From an uncultured virus (IMG/VR IMGVR_UViG_3300050021_000838) (taxonomy: Duplodnaviria > Heunggongvirae > Uroviricota > Caudoviricetes): DNA of 64,000 nucleotides. Shown in pieces: positions 1 to 9,471 of the stretch. Position 1 is the stretch's first letter. Each line of letters starts with the position of its first letter. The position numbers were made by a program, and so were the translations under genes. Below the pieces are notes generated by a model. The model saw only the letters and a list, made by a program, of their open reading frames with translations, was not told where the DNA came from and searched no databases. The stretch lies in the IMG/VR virus record IMGVR_UViG_3300050021_000838. One strand, given 5' to 3'.

Positions 1-252
1 CTAAAAAATCATTCCTATCACTATACCGATGATAACACCCGTTGCCAATACATACGAAAGTATCGTCATCTTAATTTTCTGAGCTTCATACTGAACCGAG
101 ACTTGAGTCTGAATATCATTTACCAGACTGACCATTTGGTTCAGCGCCGGGGACTCAGTCCTGATCTGCTGCATGGATCTTGCAACCCGTACCCTTGACT
201 CCTGCATTTGCTGTTCCATCAGCTTTAGCCGTTTGAACATAAAATATCCCAT
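1..252 (-). CDS. hypothetical protein with C-terminal transmembrane helix
   Basis: ORF with a coiled-coil-like N-terminus and a hydrophobic C-terminus (ILSYVLATGVIIGIVIGMIF). Confidence 0.45.
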   Translation of the reverse strand: MGYFMFKRLKLMEQQMQESRVRVARSMQQIRTESPALNQMVSLVNDIQTQVSVQYEAQKIKMTILSYVLATGVIIGIVIGMIF

Positions 253-692
253 GTCGTTTTCAGAATGTTGCCATGAACAAAATATCCGGTATATAAACAG
301 TAAATCACGACCAGCATTATCGTCGCCACCGCATCTGATGCCATAAGGATCAGGTATCCGGTGAAATTAAACGTGTCGTTCTTATGCAGGAAATGTTCAG
401 TTATCGCCACCACAAAAGACAGTATTATCAATGCCGTGCAAAAATCGATTAACGGCGTCCAGAACAAAGCAATCGTTGCCAAAGCATACAAATGCATGAT
501 TACCAAACGGGGCGTTGTCTTCAGTGGAGTACGATCTTTCTTTTCCACCTTCCTGGATTTCTCCAGATCATTCTGGTACTGATTCTCAAACTTCTCTGGT
601 TCAAACAGCGTACAATAAATCGTATGCAGTTCGATGAATATCACAGCTATCAAAAATAATTCCCAATGTATCATTCTCATCTCCGGAGGCAT
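225..692 (-). CDS. hypothetical multi-pass membrane protein
   Basis: 155-aa ORF with about four hydrophobic segments, co-oriented with its neighbours. Confidence 0.5.
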   Translation of the reverse strand: MPPEMRMIHWELFLIAVIFIELHTIYCTLFEPEKFENQYQNDLEKSRKVEKKDRTPLKTTPRLVIMHLYALATIALFWTPLIDFCTALIILSFVVAITEHFLHKNDTFNFTGYLILMASDAVATIMLVVIYCLYTGYFVHGNILKTTWDILCSNG

Positions 693-970
693 TCATTTAT
701 AATCTGAATACCAATTATTAAATTAAATTTTTGAATTCGAAATTCCCACCTTGGGAACTTCAGGAGCCGCTGAGGATCTTTCGAGCCTCCATCAGGTGAT
801 GTTGGAGTATGGATTACCCGGAATGTGCTTGTAATCGCCGCGGTTCCGGGCTTATTTTTATATCCATCTCTTCGTGCATCCGATTGCGCAATGGTCAGAA
901 ACGTTTTTGTCAATCTCGTGGATACTTCAGGGGACCAAACCTGAAGCACCCACCCACCGTTAGCAGTAGA

Positions 971-1339
971 TCAATATATCTCGATATTCTCATCAAGTGT
1001 CTGAGCTATCGTTTCGACATAGCCGCAGCCTTCCAGTCTGTCATAATTTTCAACAGGCTCGTAGCCTTCCTTGATTTTCGAATCCAGAATAGCATCGAAC
1101 TCTCCGCCCTGGATATGCTCGACCTTGGGAGACAAAGCCTTGCCCCATCTGCCCCAAAATCTAGCCATCTGGGCGCCATCCTCTGACTTTGCCGTCATGA
1201 TAACATATAGCTTGTCATGATTGTCTGACGTATTCTCGATGACCGCAATGTCTTCGATTCCGAAGTGTTTCATCAGCTGGTCAACAGTCTGAATGGGAGG
1301 TCTTGTATCGACCGGTCTTGCCGTTTTCTTTGTTGCCAT
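971..1339 (-). CDS. WGR domain protein
   Basis: HDKLYVI...RFWGRWG...FDAILDSKIKEGY matches the WGR domain pattern; AGGAG RBS upstream. Confidence 0.75.
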   Translation of the reverse strand: MATKKTARPVDTRPPIQTVDQLMKHFGIEDIAVIENTSDNHDKLYVIMTAKSEDGAQMARFWGRWGKALSPKVEHIQGGEFDAILDSKIKEGYEPVENYDRLEGCGYVETIAQTLDENIEIY

Positions 1340-1347
1340 AAATCTCC

Positions 1348-3375
1348 TTATTGCATTAACTTCGATTCAACCTTGGACAAGAGTGTCCTCGGAAGTTCGT
1401 TGACGTTATTTAATACTACATAGTCATCGTAAAATGAACGCACTGCTGTAGTCTGAATTCCAACTCCGATCAGAATAACTCCTTTCTTCTTGAGTTCCTT
1501 TACCGTATAAATCAAATGGTTATGCAGCATTGTCGAACCTTTGCTGTCCTCTGGCTGTCCATCAGACATAACGATCATAACCTTTTTCTGTTCTTTCCTG
1601 CCAAGCAATCTTCTGCCAGCCCATTCGACCGCTTCACCATCCACGTTATGACATGTTCTGCCACCACCTGAAATCATGGTTTCAATTCGACCGTTGACTA
1701 CCCAGTTCATGCGTTCCTGGAAATTCTTAAATACATAATGCCTCAAGGGAATCGTTCTCCGGACTTCCTCTCCATCCCGTTTAATGTCGGGACTGTAAAA
1801 TCCTTCTGTCGAGAATCCTAATACCTCTGTCGGTATTTTCAGTGCATCCAAAACCTTGCCAAAAACGATTGCTGCCGTCATCGCCATGTATAACTTCGTG
1901 CCGCTCATGGAACCAGATAAATCTGATATCAGCGTGAAGGCTATGTTAAACGCTTCCTGGCGTTGCTTCCTAATGAAAATATCCGTGTCACCCGTGAATA
2001 TCCTCGGGAGTCTTTGAGTATCGATTGCACCCCTGTTCTGGCGTGTTTTCGGTAACGGACGTTCCTGCTTATACATACGAATCATCTGACTCATCAGATG
2101 TCCCTGCGTTCTCGAACAGTCTCTCAGCAATTCAGTAACCTGCGGTTGTTCAGTTTTTGCAGGCAGTACAATTTCCAAGTCTTTATCGATGTAGCGTGTG
2201 TACGTTGTCGGAGCCACGTAATCTTCTCCCTTAAATTCGTTCTTCACGAAATCAGAGACATCCATTTTTACGTCCTTCAGCAAACGTTCGAATTCAGCCA
2301 TGGATATCGGATCCGGCTTACATTCTTTCGAGCCACCCGAGTGACCTTTTTCTCCCTGGTCAGTAATTTCACTTTCATGCGGTCCGCGCTGTTCAGCTCC
2401 ATCGCCTTTACCTTCGCCGTCACCGTCTTTCTCTTTGTCATCTGGCTTGCCGCCACCGCCTTTTCCTTCCTGTTCATCCTTATCTTCAGGATCGCCGTCT
2501 TCACCGCCGCCCCTGCCCTCGCCCTCTCCTTCGCCTTCAGAATCTCCATCTCCTTTTTCGCCGTTCTCTTTAGAATCCTGCTTTCCGCCTTTGCCTTTGC
2601 TTTCGCCGTCGCCTGGCTTGGAATCTGGATCTGGCTCTCCGTTCGGATCTGGTTCTCCGCCACCGTTTTGTGGAGGAGGCTCTGGCAGGTTCAAATTCTC
2701 AACGATCTTGCGGATGTCACCGCACATATTCTTGGCTTCTTTCCGGGTATCGCTGGTTGACGAATATTTACGATTAGCGTACAGATCTACTAAATCCTTG
2801 AATACGTTTGTATCCGAGATTTCTTTCGGGATGTCGAGTGCGCCGGTTGCATACACCTGTTCAAATAATTCGTATAAATCTTTAAGTTCAGGTTTCATAT
2901 CCTTGTGCGCTTCTCTCATCGAGTCCCGTGCAATCATGAACGTCTCACTTAAATTAAGCTGAGAACCGGGGAATTCACTTACTGTTTTCGAATCTACCCG
3001 TAAATCTTCTAACATCTGAGCCACCGCTGGAAACAAATGATCTCCGGAGGGAGGCTTTACCGTCGAACGTTCAGTGTAACGGACATGACCTAATTCATGG
3101 TCAATGAAACCTCTTGCAAGTTTTACTCTTTCCCAGTTACCCTCTGCAATCGTCGGTACCTGAATAATTTTTCTTCTTAAATCCACATGTGCTGGCGCGT
3201 TTGGATCAGGATTGATCACCACCGTAAAGCCTTCAGCTCCCAAGCCTGAAGCCAATGCCTGCTGTACTTCAGGAAAATACTTCCTGAGCATCGCTGCATC
3301 CTCTTCATTCTTGATAACCATCGAAGACTGGCTGACCTGTTTGCCGACCTCCTTTAACGAGTCCATAAAACCCAT
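1348..3375 (-). CDS. CobT-like VWA domain protein (HExxH-containing N-terminus, acidic/Gly-rich linker, C-terminal VWA)
   Basis: GFIDHELGHVRYT and LEDLRVD motifs; low-complexity linker; MIDAS motifs DLSGSMSG and VMSDGQP; lies next to a MoxR-type ATPase. Confidence 0.85.
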   Translation of the reverse strand: MGFMDSLKEVGKQVSQSSMVIKNEEDAAMLRKYFPEVQQALASGLGAEGFTVVINPDPNAPAHVDLRRKIIQVPTIAEGNWERVKLARGFIDHELGHVRYTERSTVKPPSGDHLFPAVAQMLEDLRVDSKTVSEFPGSQLNLSETFMIARDSMREAHKDMKPELKDLYELFEQVYATGALDIPKEISDTNVFKDLVDLYANRKYSSTSDTRKEAKNMCGDIRKIVENLNLPEPPPQNGGGEPDPNGEPDPDSKPGDGESKGKGGKQDSKENGEKGDGDSEGEGEGEGRGGGEDGDPEDKDEQEGKGGGGKPDDKEKDGDGEGKGDGAEQRGPHESEITDQGEKGHSGGSKECKPDPISMAEFERLLKDVKMDVSDFVKNEFKGEDYVAPTTYTRYIDKDLEIVLPAKTEQPQVTELLRDCSRTQGHLMSQMIRMYKQERPLPKTRQNRGAIDTQRLPRIFTGDTDIFIRKQRQEAFNIAFTLISDLSGSMSGTKLYMAMTAAIVFGKVLDALKIPTEVLGFSTEGFYSPDIKRDGEEVRRTIPLRHYVFKNFQERMNWVVNGRIETMISGGGRTCHNVDGEAVEWAGRRLLGRKEQKKVMIVMSDGQPEDSKGSTMLHNHLIYTVKELKKKGVILIGVGIQTTAVRSFYDDYVVLNNVNELPRTLLSKVESKLMQ

Positions 3376-3385
3376 GAGTTACTCC

Positions 3386-4585
3386 TTAATTGGCTTGCGG
3401 ATGCACGCCATAGTTAATAATTCTCTGTGCAGATTCGGAAATCTTTACAGCGTCTTCCTCAGACATACGATCTAAAATCGTTGCTCTGAATGCGAACTTA
3501 CCGTCAACTCCGTCCATGACCGCAGAAGCAAAGTTCAGCGATTTTCTAACGGAGAACGTTGAAAATATTGCACCGTCTTTAGCCATTTTTCTGACAGACT
3601 CAGCCAGCTTAGCGATTTGCTTAGCCCATGCGTTGCCGCATCCGGTGACCTGTTGCATGATTTTAGCTTCAACCGCTGGTTTCGGGTAATCCATTCTCAG
3701 GATGTAATGAAATCTATCCAGCGTTGCTTCGTTCAGCAGACGTGTACCTGCATACAAAGTGGACATATCACCTTTACCGACAGTGTTTGCTGTGGCAAGA
3801 ACCGCAAAGCCTGCCTTGGCTACGATACGTTTTCCGGTCTTCGTATTCACAAGAGGAGCGCCTTCCAGCACTGCCTGCAATGTGAACAAAACTTCCTGCG
3901 GAGCTGCATCCAACTCATCGATAATCAGTTTCGAGCCTTTCTCCATACAGACAGGTAAAATGCCGTCGACGAACTTCATTTCAGGTGCACCCTCGGCTGA
4001 CTGAAGTACCCAGTCTCCGACAAAATCTGATTTGCTGATGTCACCATCCATGTTGATACGCTCGTACTCTTTACCATGTTTTTTACATAGCCGTACGAAT
4101 ATCTGAGTCTTTCCGCATCCGGTCGGACCGCTTAGGAAAATATTCTTATCTGCCAACAGAGCTTTTTCAAGTTCTGTGGTCTCATCCGGCCAGGCGAAGT
4201 AGTCTTTATCGACTTTTACTTCTTCCCGTTTGATTTTCACTGTTACTGCCGCTGCAGCACCCAGTCTGGTCAAATCTGCTACGCCACGGTCATGAGCCTG
4301 GACGCAAGTAACTCTTAAATCTGCTCCCGCCAAAGTGGCTCTGAATGACGGATCCCATACACCCGACCAGCGAGCTGCTGCGTATGCCGGAAACTTTGGA
4401 ACTTCTTCTCCTACTTCACCATATATTTTCGTGATTTCAGCGGAGGTTATCTTAACTACTGTGCCTGCCTGAATGCTGGCTATGTCTTTGCCGTCGACCT
4501 TTGTCTTTTTCGAGGCTGCTACCATTGCCTCAACGACTGCTTTACGGATCTGTTTTTGCGTATTGTTCATAATTCGGTTTACCAC
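3386..4585 (-). CDS. CobS/CbbQ/NorQ-like MoxR AAA+ ATPase
   Basis: Walker A GPTGCGKT, Walker B LIIDELD, ATANT, Arg finger NEATLDRF, sensor FSVRK. Confidence 0.9.
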   Translation of the reverse strand: MVNRIMNNTQKQIRKAVVEAMVAASKKTKVDGKDIASIQAGTVVKITSAEITKIYGEVGEEVPKFPAYAAARWSGVWDPSFRATLAGADLRVTCVQAHDRGVADLTRLGAAAAVTVKIKREEVKVDKDYFAWPDETTELEKALLADKNIFLSGPTGCGKTQIFVRLCKKHGKEYERINMDGDISKSDFVGDWVLQSAEGAPEMKFVDGILPVCMEKGSKLIIDELDAAPQEVLFTLQAVLEGAPLVNTKTGKRIVAKAGFAVLATANTVGKGDMSTLYAGTRLLNEATLDRFHYILRMDYPKPAVEAKIMQQVTGCGNAWAKQIAKLAESVRKMAKDGAIFSTFSVRKSLNFASAVMDGVDGKFAFRATILDRMSEEDAVKISESAQRIINYGVHPQAN

Positions 4586-4625
4586 CTAATTTACTGGATA
4601 AAAATATGCACGTACTTGCGTGCTG

Positions 4626-5546
4626 TTAAAATTTCTTTTTGTCAGTGCTGAGCGAACGGTCTAATTTCTTTTCGATCTGAATGGACTTGTTTATCACAGC
4701 CAGCTCTTCCGCTGTTTTGTGACTACGTTCGAAAATGTCCATGTTCTCGGTGAAGTCGGTATTGGCATCCTTGAAATCCTGACTGTATCTTCTTTCACCT
4801 TGAATTTTCAGTCTCCCGGTCGGAGGTCCATCGTAAACTGAACCAGCCCAGCGATCTTCCTGAACTGCATTTAATGCGCTAACGTATCCCTCGAATGTCG
4901 GAGTCGGTGCATCTTTCTGATAAGGCTGAGCGGTTTTCAAATACCATTTACCTTTTGTATCCTCAGTTTTGCGGTATCTTGCAATGACTCTGAACTTCAT
5001 GCAGTCTCCTGCTATCCAGTTTTTATACGGATACACAAGAATCATATACTTGTTCAAACCAATGCGATGAATAAACGGCATTGCCAGTTTCTCTGCTTCT
5101 TCTGTCAGTGGCTTTACCAGCAGTGCAATCGTTGCATCCTGCTTGCCGGTCAGAAATAACTTGAGCATGTGCTTATCTTTGAAATACTTCTCCGCAGTAA
5201 CTCTCATCCAAATGTCATCATCCAGTTTTATCTGGGTGCGGACAAACTTCAAGAACTTATTCGGTTCAGGGGATTTCGGTTTACGTCTTTTGGCTCTCCA
5301 AATTGCATTGCCTTTTTCGTCGACAGGATCTGTTTCACTGATTGCGTTGGTATCTCTCCAAGCCATCGTGAAAGCATAAATTTTCTTTTTCGCTAACAAC
5401 TCCCAGGTTTTCTCATCCGCCCTGAGTGTCATGTAGCCGGTCGTTCCACCATCATTGCCCAAGAGCTTCTTGGTTTCTACCTTCAGCCCGCTTAGCTTGA
5501 TTCTTTTAATCAAACCTGCATTGTACGGTGCCATCTTCTCTATCAT
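4626..5546 (-). CDS. hypothetical protein (basic, 306 aa)
   Basis: Long ORF with GGAG RBS directly downstream of a TTGACA promoter. Confidence 0.7.
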   Translation of the reverse strand: MIEKMAPYNAGLIKRIKLSGLKVETKKLLGNDGGTTGYMTLRADEKTWELLAKKKIYAFTMAWRDTNAISETDPVDEKGNAIWRAKRRKPKSPEPNKFLKFVRTQIKLDDDIWMRVTAEKYFKDKHMLKLFLTGKQDATIALLVKPLTEEAEKLAMPFIHRIGLNKYMILVYPYKNWIAGDCMKFRVIARYRKTEDTKGKWYLKTAQPYQKDAPTPTFEGYVSALNAVQEDRWAGSVYDGPPTGRLKIQGERRYSQDFKDANTDFTENMDIFERSHKTAEELAVINKSIQIEKKLDRSLSTDKKKF

Positions 5547-5594
5547 GCTAACTCCGTGGTTACTTACTACTGTTGTGGTCTTTTGTCCCCGCCA

Positions 5595-5700
5595 GTGAGC
5601 AGGGAATTATTTGTGTGTGAATTACTAAACTGCAAAATGCCATTCACAGTTGTCAAGCGGTTGACTCCGGTGAAGCAAAATATATTTTCATTTATTTTTC
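5595..5700 (-). promoter_or_regulatory. sigma70-type promoter/leader, copy 1
   Basis: Minus strand reads AACCGC-TTGACA-N18-CAGTTTAGTAATTCACAC with an AT-rich upstream tract; near-identical to 8298-8400. Confidence 0.6.
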
Positions 5701-5891
5701 CCGCGGAAAATCGGGGGAAAATCCATTTAGTGATATTTCTTAAAATCATATTCGAACCGAATCATATTCGCTGTAAGCCGTCTTCGGCGAGCAGCATATT
5801 ATTGGTATTTTATATTCGTCTTTTAACCTTAGTATCTTAGGAAGCGAAAAACCGCCCTTAAACCTTTATAAAATAAACAATTACCGAAAAT

Positions 5892-5960
5892 AGTGAGCGG
5901 CCAAGTTGTCCCATGGGGAGCGGTCAAGTTGTCCCATAGTGAGCGGCCAAGTTGTCCCAT
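5892..5960. repeat. 3 x 23-bp tandem direct repeat (iteron-like)
   Basis: agtgagcggccaagttgtcccat / ggggagcggtcaagttgtcccat / agtgagcggccaagttgtcccat, flanked on both sides by ttataaaataaaca. Confidence 0.9.
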
Positions 5961-5992
5961 TGACCGCGGTTAAGTCCTTATAAAATAAACAG

Positions 5993-6547
5993 TTATTTTT
6001 CAGAGGTCGAAATCTTGAGCTTCGTTAGCATATCATTCATGTTTGACGTGCTTTTCACCTTCGTGGAGGCACCTGAATTCACCTGAATTGAACCTGACAA
6101 CATGTGCCTGAACGTACCTTTCGGTGCGCCTAAATCTTCACCATACTTGTTTATCATAATACCAACGAACGGGTTGTCACGGTTGGCTGTCGCAAGTGAT
6201 TCAGTAATTTTATTAGGCATTCTCTCCAGCTTCTTTGCCTGGATATCGAGTTCCATCACCCGCCTCAGCAAATCCGGATCTGCCATAATTTCATCCGTGG
6301 TCAATGCCTGCATAGGTTTCGTGGCATCGCGGAATTCAAGTATTGCCGTCGTACCTTCAGATAGCGTGGCTGCAACTTGCAGACATGCATAAATCTCGGA
6401 CAGCGTTCCCAAATGTTCCCTTGAGCCGAGGACATCATCTTCCTCAAAACTTAATGCGAGCAAATCTCTGATTGCAGAATGGATCTTGGTCGTAGTTTCG
6501 CGTACTCTTTCTGTGGTCGTGGGCATGGTCTGTTCTCCTGCTAACAT
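5993..6547 (-). CDS. hypothetical protein
   Basis: 184-aa ORF; likely start is MPTTTER after an AGGAG RBS. Confidence 0.65.
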   Translation of the reverse strand: MLAGEQTMPTTTERVRETTTKIHSAIRDLLALSFEEDDVLGSREHLGTLSEIYACLQVAATLSEGTTAILEFRDATKPMQALTTDEIMADPDLLRRVMELDIQAKKLERMPNKITESLATANRDNPFVGIMINKYGEDLGAPKGTFRHMLSGSIQVNSGASTKVKSTSNMNDMLTKLKISTSEK

Positions 6548-6568
6548 GAATAATCGAACTTTACTTAG

Positions 6569-6656
6569 TTCACCGGGCGGGACTCGAACCCAGGCACCGT
6601 CAACCCATTCTACCTGAAACGCCGAAGCGTGGAAGGCATTGTGACAGCCCGATGAA
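6569..6656 (-). ncRNA. candidate tRNA-like structured RNA (88 nt)
   Basis: 10-bp closing stem UUCAUCGGGC/GCCCGGUGAA, T-loop hairpin GGG-UUCGAGU-CCC, internal ACGC-UUCG-GCGU hairpin; no canonical D or anticodon arm. Confidence 0.55.
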
Positions 6657-6687
6657 ATTGTTTTCGTGAACCTTACTTTTCTATTTG

Positions 6688-6972
6688 TCAGGGCTTGGCG
6701 GGTAGCGCTGTTCCCAACAGTAAATTTATTGCTTCAGCCACCGCTGCTGCATGCTGGGCCGGTATCCAGATTCCTTTAGATGTCGGGCTTAATCTTGCTT
6801 TGCCCTTATCGAAATAAAAATGTCTTACGTCGATGTAGCGTTTCTTATTTAACTCTTTTACTTGTACCTGAGCCGCGCCTTCACTGGATGTCGGGATTGT
6901 AATCGGAACGCCGATGTCCTTGATGTTTGCTGCAGTTTTTGATGCGGACTTTTTCTTCAGAACCTCTGCCAT
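6688..6972 (-). CDS. PC4 family ssDNA-binding protein
   Basis: KRYIDVRHFY...PTSKGIWIP signature. Confidence 0.85.
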   Translation of the reverse strand: MAEVLKKKSASKTAANIKDIGVPITIPTSSEGAAQVQVKELNKKRYIDVRHFYFDKGKARLSPTSKGIWIPAQHAAAVAEAINLLLGTALPAKP

Positions 6973-7002
6973 GTTTGTCTCCAGTTTATATTGTTATTAC
7001 TG

Positions 7003-7362
7003 CTATACGATTAAATCTTCTATCTGCACCCAGATCGGATAGTCTCCATCCTGGTCTGGTTTGCCAACTTCCAAAACTTCCACGGGGAAACTTCGTAGGT
7101 CGATGTTCAGTGAATGCGTACGTATTACGAATTTGTTCAGATAATCCACGGGGAGTATCACCGCCTTCACTTCACCTATTGCCTTGATTCCTTCTGCCGT
7201 CTTAATGACAAGATCGAGCATCCCGTCAGCCAGACATTCAGCTGTTGCTTTGTCCACCGCTCTGAGCAATGGGACATGAATTCCTTTCTCACGTAACTTC
7301 GAACCGTATTCCATCCAGTATTCTGGACGGACATCTCTCATCTGTGCCGTAGCTATCTGCAT
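7003..7362 (-). CDS. hypothetical protein
   Basis: ORF with GAGGA RBS within a co-oriented gene array. Confidence 0.6.
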   Translation of the reverse strand: MQIATAQMRDVRPEYWMEYGSKLREKGIHVPLLRAVDKATAECLADGMLDLVIKTAEGIKAIGEVKAVILPVDYLNKFVIRTHSLNIDLRSFPVEVLEVGKPDQDGDYPIWVQIEDLIV

Positions 7363-7468
7363 CGTGTGGTCCTCATATTTGCTTTGGTCGTTTTTTCGGG
7401 CTTTTCTCTTATTTAATTCGACCGTACTTAGCCCCAGCCCGGATGTTACTCCGAGCTACAATAAGCAT

Positions 7469-7714
7469 TTAACAAATCGATGCGAGTTCCTTTCTGATAA
7501 ACTCTTTGCCAGCCTTCCTCGCCAACTTCTTGATGTACCTGCGGGACTGGGCTTTAGCAATCGGGTTCCTCATAGTCGGAAAGTCACCGGATTTCTTGCA
7601 GAAGAATCCTACGCTCGGCTTGCGGGCATAGTTCTTCATGTCGATTAAATCAGGTGACAGGAAATATGATCTCTGGCATCTGGGTAGCTGGTCAAGTCCA
7701 TAAGGTTTCATCAT
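7469..7714 (-). CDS. hypothetical basic protein
   Basis: ATGA overlap with the upstream gene. Confidence 0.55.
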   Translation of the reverse strand: MMKPYGLDQLPRCQRSYFLSPDLIDMKNYARKPSVGFFCKKSGDFPTMRNPIAKAQSRRYIKKLARKAGKEFIRKELASIC

Positions 7715-8067
7715 GCTGCTTTTCCTGTAAAACTGACTGATTTCTGATTTATCTTTACGTGCAAAAACTTGATGCTGGGCTTATCCAGCATTACTTTTAA
7801 TCTTGACATTATGCGGTCGCTGACAGGGACTACGAAGTCATCACCAGAGACTTTGTCGTACCAATTTTTGTCGAATGTCGGGTGAAATCCTCTTGCGTAT
7901 TTCACGATTGCCATCTCTCCTTTCGGATCTTTCGGATCTGGCTGTTTGTGAACTGCCAGCAGATAAACGCCCTGGTCTTTTACGATAGCCATTCCGCATT
8001 TCTTCTGGATGGCGAATTCGATGATGCTTTTCAAACGGGGATCATTTCCAAACTTGAATTTTCTCAT
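7711..8067 (-). CDS. DUF3085-like protein
   Basis: IVKDQGVYL...YARGFHP...WYD...GDDFV motif set; start moved to MRKFKF (ATGA overlap). Confidence 0.7.
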   Translation of the reverse strand: MRKFKFGNDPRLKSIIEFAIQKKCGMAIVKDQGVYLLAVHKQPDPKDPKGEMAIVKYARGFHPTFDKNWYDKVSGDDFVVPVSDRIMSRLKVMLDKPSIKFLHVKINQKSVSFTGKAA

Positions 8068-8255
8068 GCGAAGACTCCAAGTAATTTCTGTGCGTACTTC
8101 ATTTGATTTCTGAGAACTGGACATACAACGCCGGTCATGGTATCAACGATATCGATTAAATCGTTCGTTGAGCCTGGATACGCTTTGTAGCCTTTTGGCA
8201 TGTGAAATCTGAGTGGCTTGGTCTCGGAACGATTGGTCTTTTTCGAACGGTTCAT
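8064..8255 (-). CDS. hypothetical protein
   Basis: Start moved to MNRSKK, which follows a TAGGAG RBS and lies downstream of the TTGACA promoter. Confidence 0.55.
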   Translation of the reverse strand: MNRSKKTNRSETKPLRFHMPKGYKAYPGSTNDLIDIVDTMTGVVCPVLRNQMKYAQKLLGVFA

Positions 8256-8297
8256 ACTGTTACTCCTATCTACTATTGTGGTTTCATGTTCCTGGGT

Positions 8298-8400
8298 TAG
8301 CAGGAATTTATTTATTTTGTGTGAGTAACTAAACAACAAAATAGCCATCGCAGGTGTCAAGCGGTTTACAAAAAATATTTTATTTTTTTTCAGATTTATT
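8298..8400 (-). promoter_or_regulatory. sigma70-type promoter/leader, copy 2
   Basis: Minus strand reads AACCGC-TTGACA-N18-TTGTTTAGTTACTCACAC with an A-tract upstream; homologous to 5595-5700. Confidence 0.6.
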
Positions 8401-8985
8401 TTGTGCGAGATGGGAGCTGGATTAACGCTGTTGCGGTTGTATACTATTAACTGTGTTTGAGTATGAATTTCCTGTCCGCCTCTTCCCTCTCGTCTTGCCA
8501 TGAGTCGGAATGAGGTATCAGAATTTTGATCGGGTTTACATGTAATTGGAGTGTGGGTTATTATCTTATGACTCTCGGAATTCCCTTGGGTACTCTCTTT
8601 GTACGCCTTGAAATGCCGGGTATGTGGATATGTATGTATGAACAGATTATAATCGTATGTAGAGCTTAATTTTGCTTGAGCCATAAAGGTTAAAATCAGT
8701 ATCTGCGAACATGGGCTTTCAATATTGCCGGCATAGGTGCATAACACTAAACCGGTACCAATTAATATACTCTTCCCATTTCGCCTACCCCTATTTGATA
8801 GGTATACTGAAGTCTAACCTTATCTTGACCTTAACATTTCCATTACCAATCTTACATCATAGGATCATTTGCCCAGCCATCAGTGCGACCATAGGTGGTT
8901 CCGACACCGGAGTGACATGCAGGAAGTCGTACCTTCCCGCATTCCTAGACCGAGACAAAATATTAACAAACGAACATGAGCTACA

Positions 8986-9471
8986 TTATTTTGCAGTGCT
9001 CTGCAGAATATATGCAGCTGTAGCTGATACGTCAAAAAATGAGCCAGACGTGTTCTGCACTACAGCAGGTGTCTTTAATTGTACTATGATAGGTGATTTC
9101 TTCCGGGGCTTCACATCCTCCGCCATTACATTTTCAAGGCCGACGGGCTGGTGAAACTTTACTGTGAACGTATCCTTGGTTTTCGTTAACTCTTTCGAGT
9201 CAAACGGCAATGGTATAAATCCTTTCATCTTCGTGGCATAAAACTTATCCCAAATAGGACAGACATACACATCGGCGGCATCAAATGCTACAACTACTCC
9301 AAATGTGCTTCCCGTAATAGGTTCATACGATACGTTGTCTCCGATGGCAAGTCCAAAGGCGGACTTAATCGATGGATCTCCAACGACGGCTAGTTTAATC
9401 TTAAAGTGCGAAACATCCGGAATCACCGTAACCGTATTTTTCTCCTTGCTTGCTTGCTTGCTTTCTTTCAT
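8986..9471 (-). CDS. hypothetical protein
   Basis: 161-aa ORF with GAGGA RBS, isolated between two non-coding tracts. Confidence 0.6.
   Translation of the reverse strand: MKESKQASKEKNTVTVIPDVSHFKIKLAVVGDPSIKSAFGLAIGDNVSYEPITGSTFGVVVAFDAADVYVCPIWDKFYATKMKGFIPLPFDSKELTKTKDTFTVKFHQPVGLENVMAEDVKPRKKSPIIVQLKTPAVVQNTSGSFFDVSATAAYILQSTAK

Noticed and set aside
2098..2962. Long alternative ORFs (220, 128 and 175 aa) over the VWA gene
   Set aside because: Shadow frames of the low-complexity Gly/Glu/Lys linker
1348..4585. Cobalamin biosynthesis (cobS/cobT), or the AAA+ protein as the sigma54 activator
   Set aside because: No cobN or other cob genes are in the window; the ATPase is MoxR-type and has no GAFTGA loop
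4607..4625. GCACG...CGTGC resembling a 12th sigma54-like motif
   Set aside because: It reads CAGCAC-N5-TACG, with no TTG box; better explained as a short hairpin or terminator
5892..5960. Possible mini CRISPR array
   Set aside because: The repeats are directly adjacent with no spacers, and no cas genes are present
8256..9154. 5' extension of ORF 8064..8747 and the plus-strand ORF 8711..9154
   Set aside because: The extension runs through a promoter and A-tracts, and a better RBS and start lie at 8255; the plus-strand ORF has no recognisable features and overlaps a real gene
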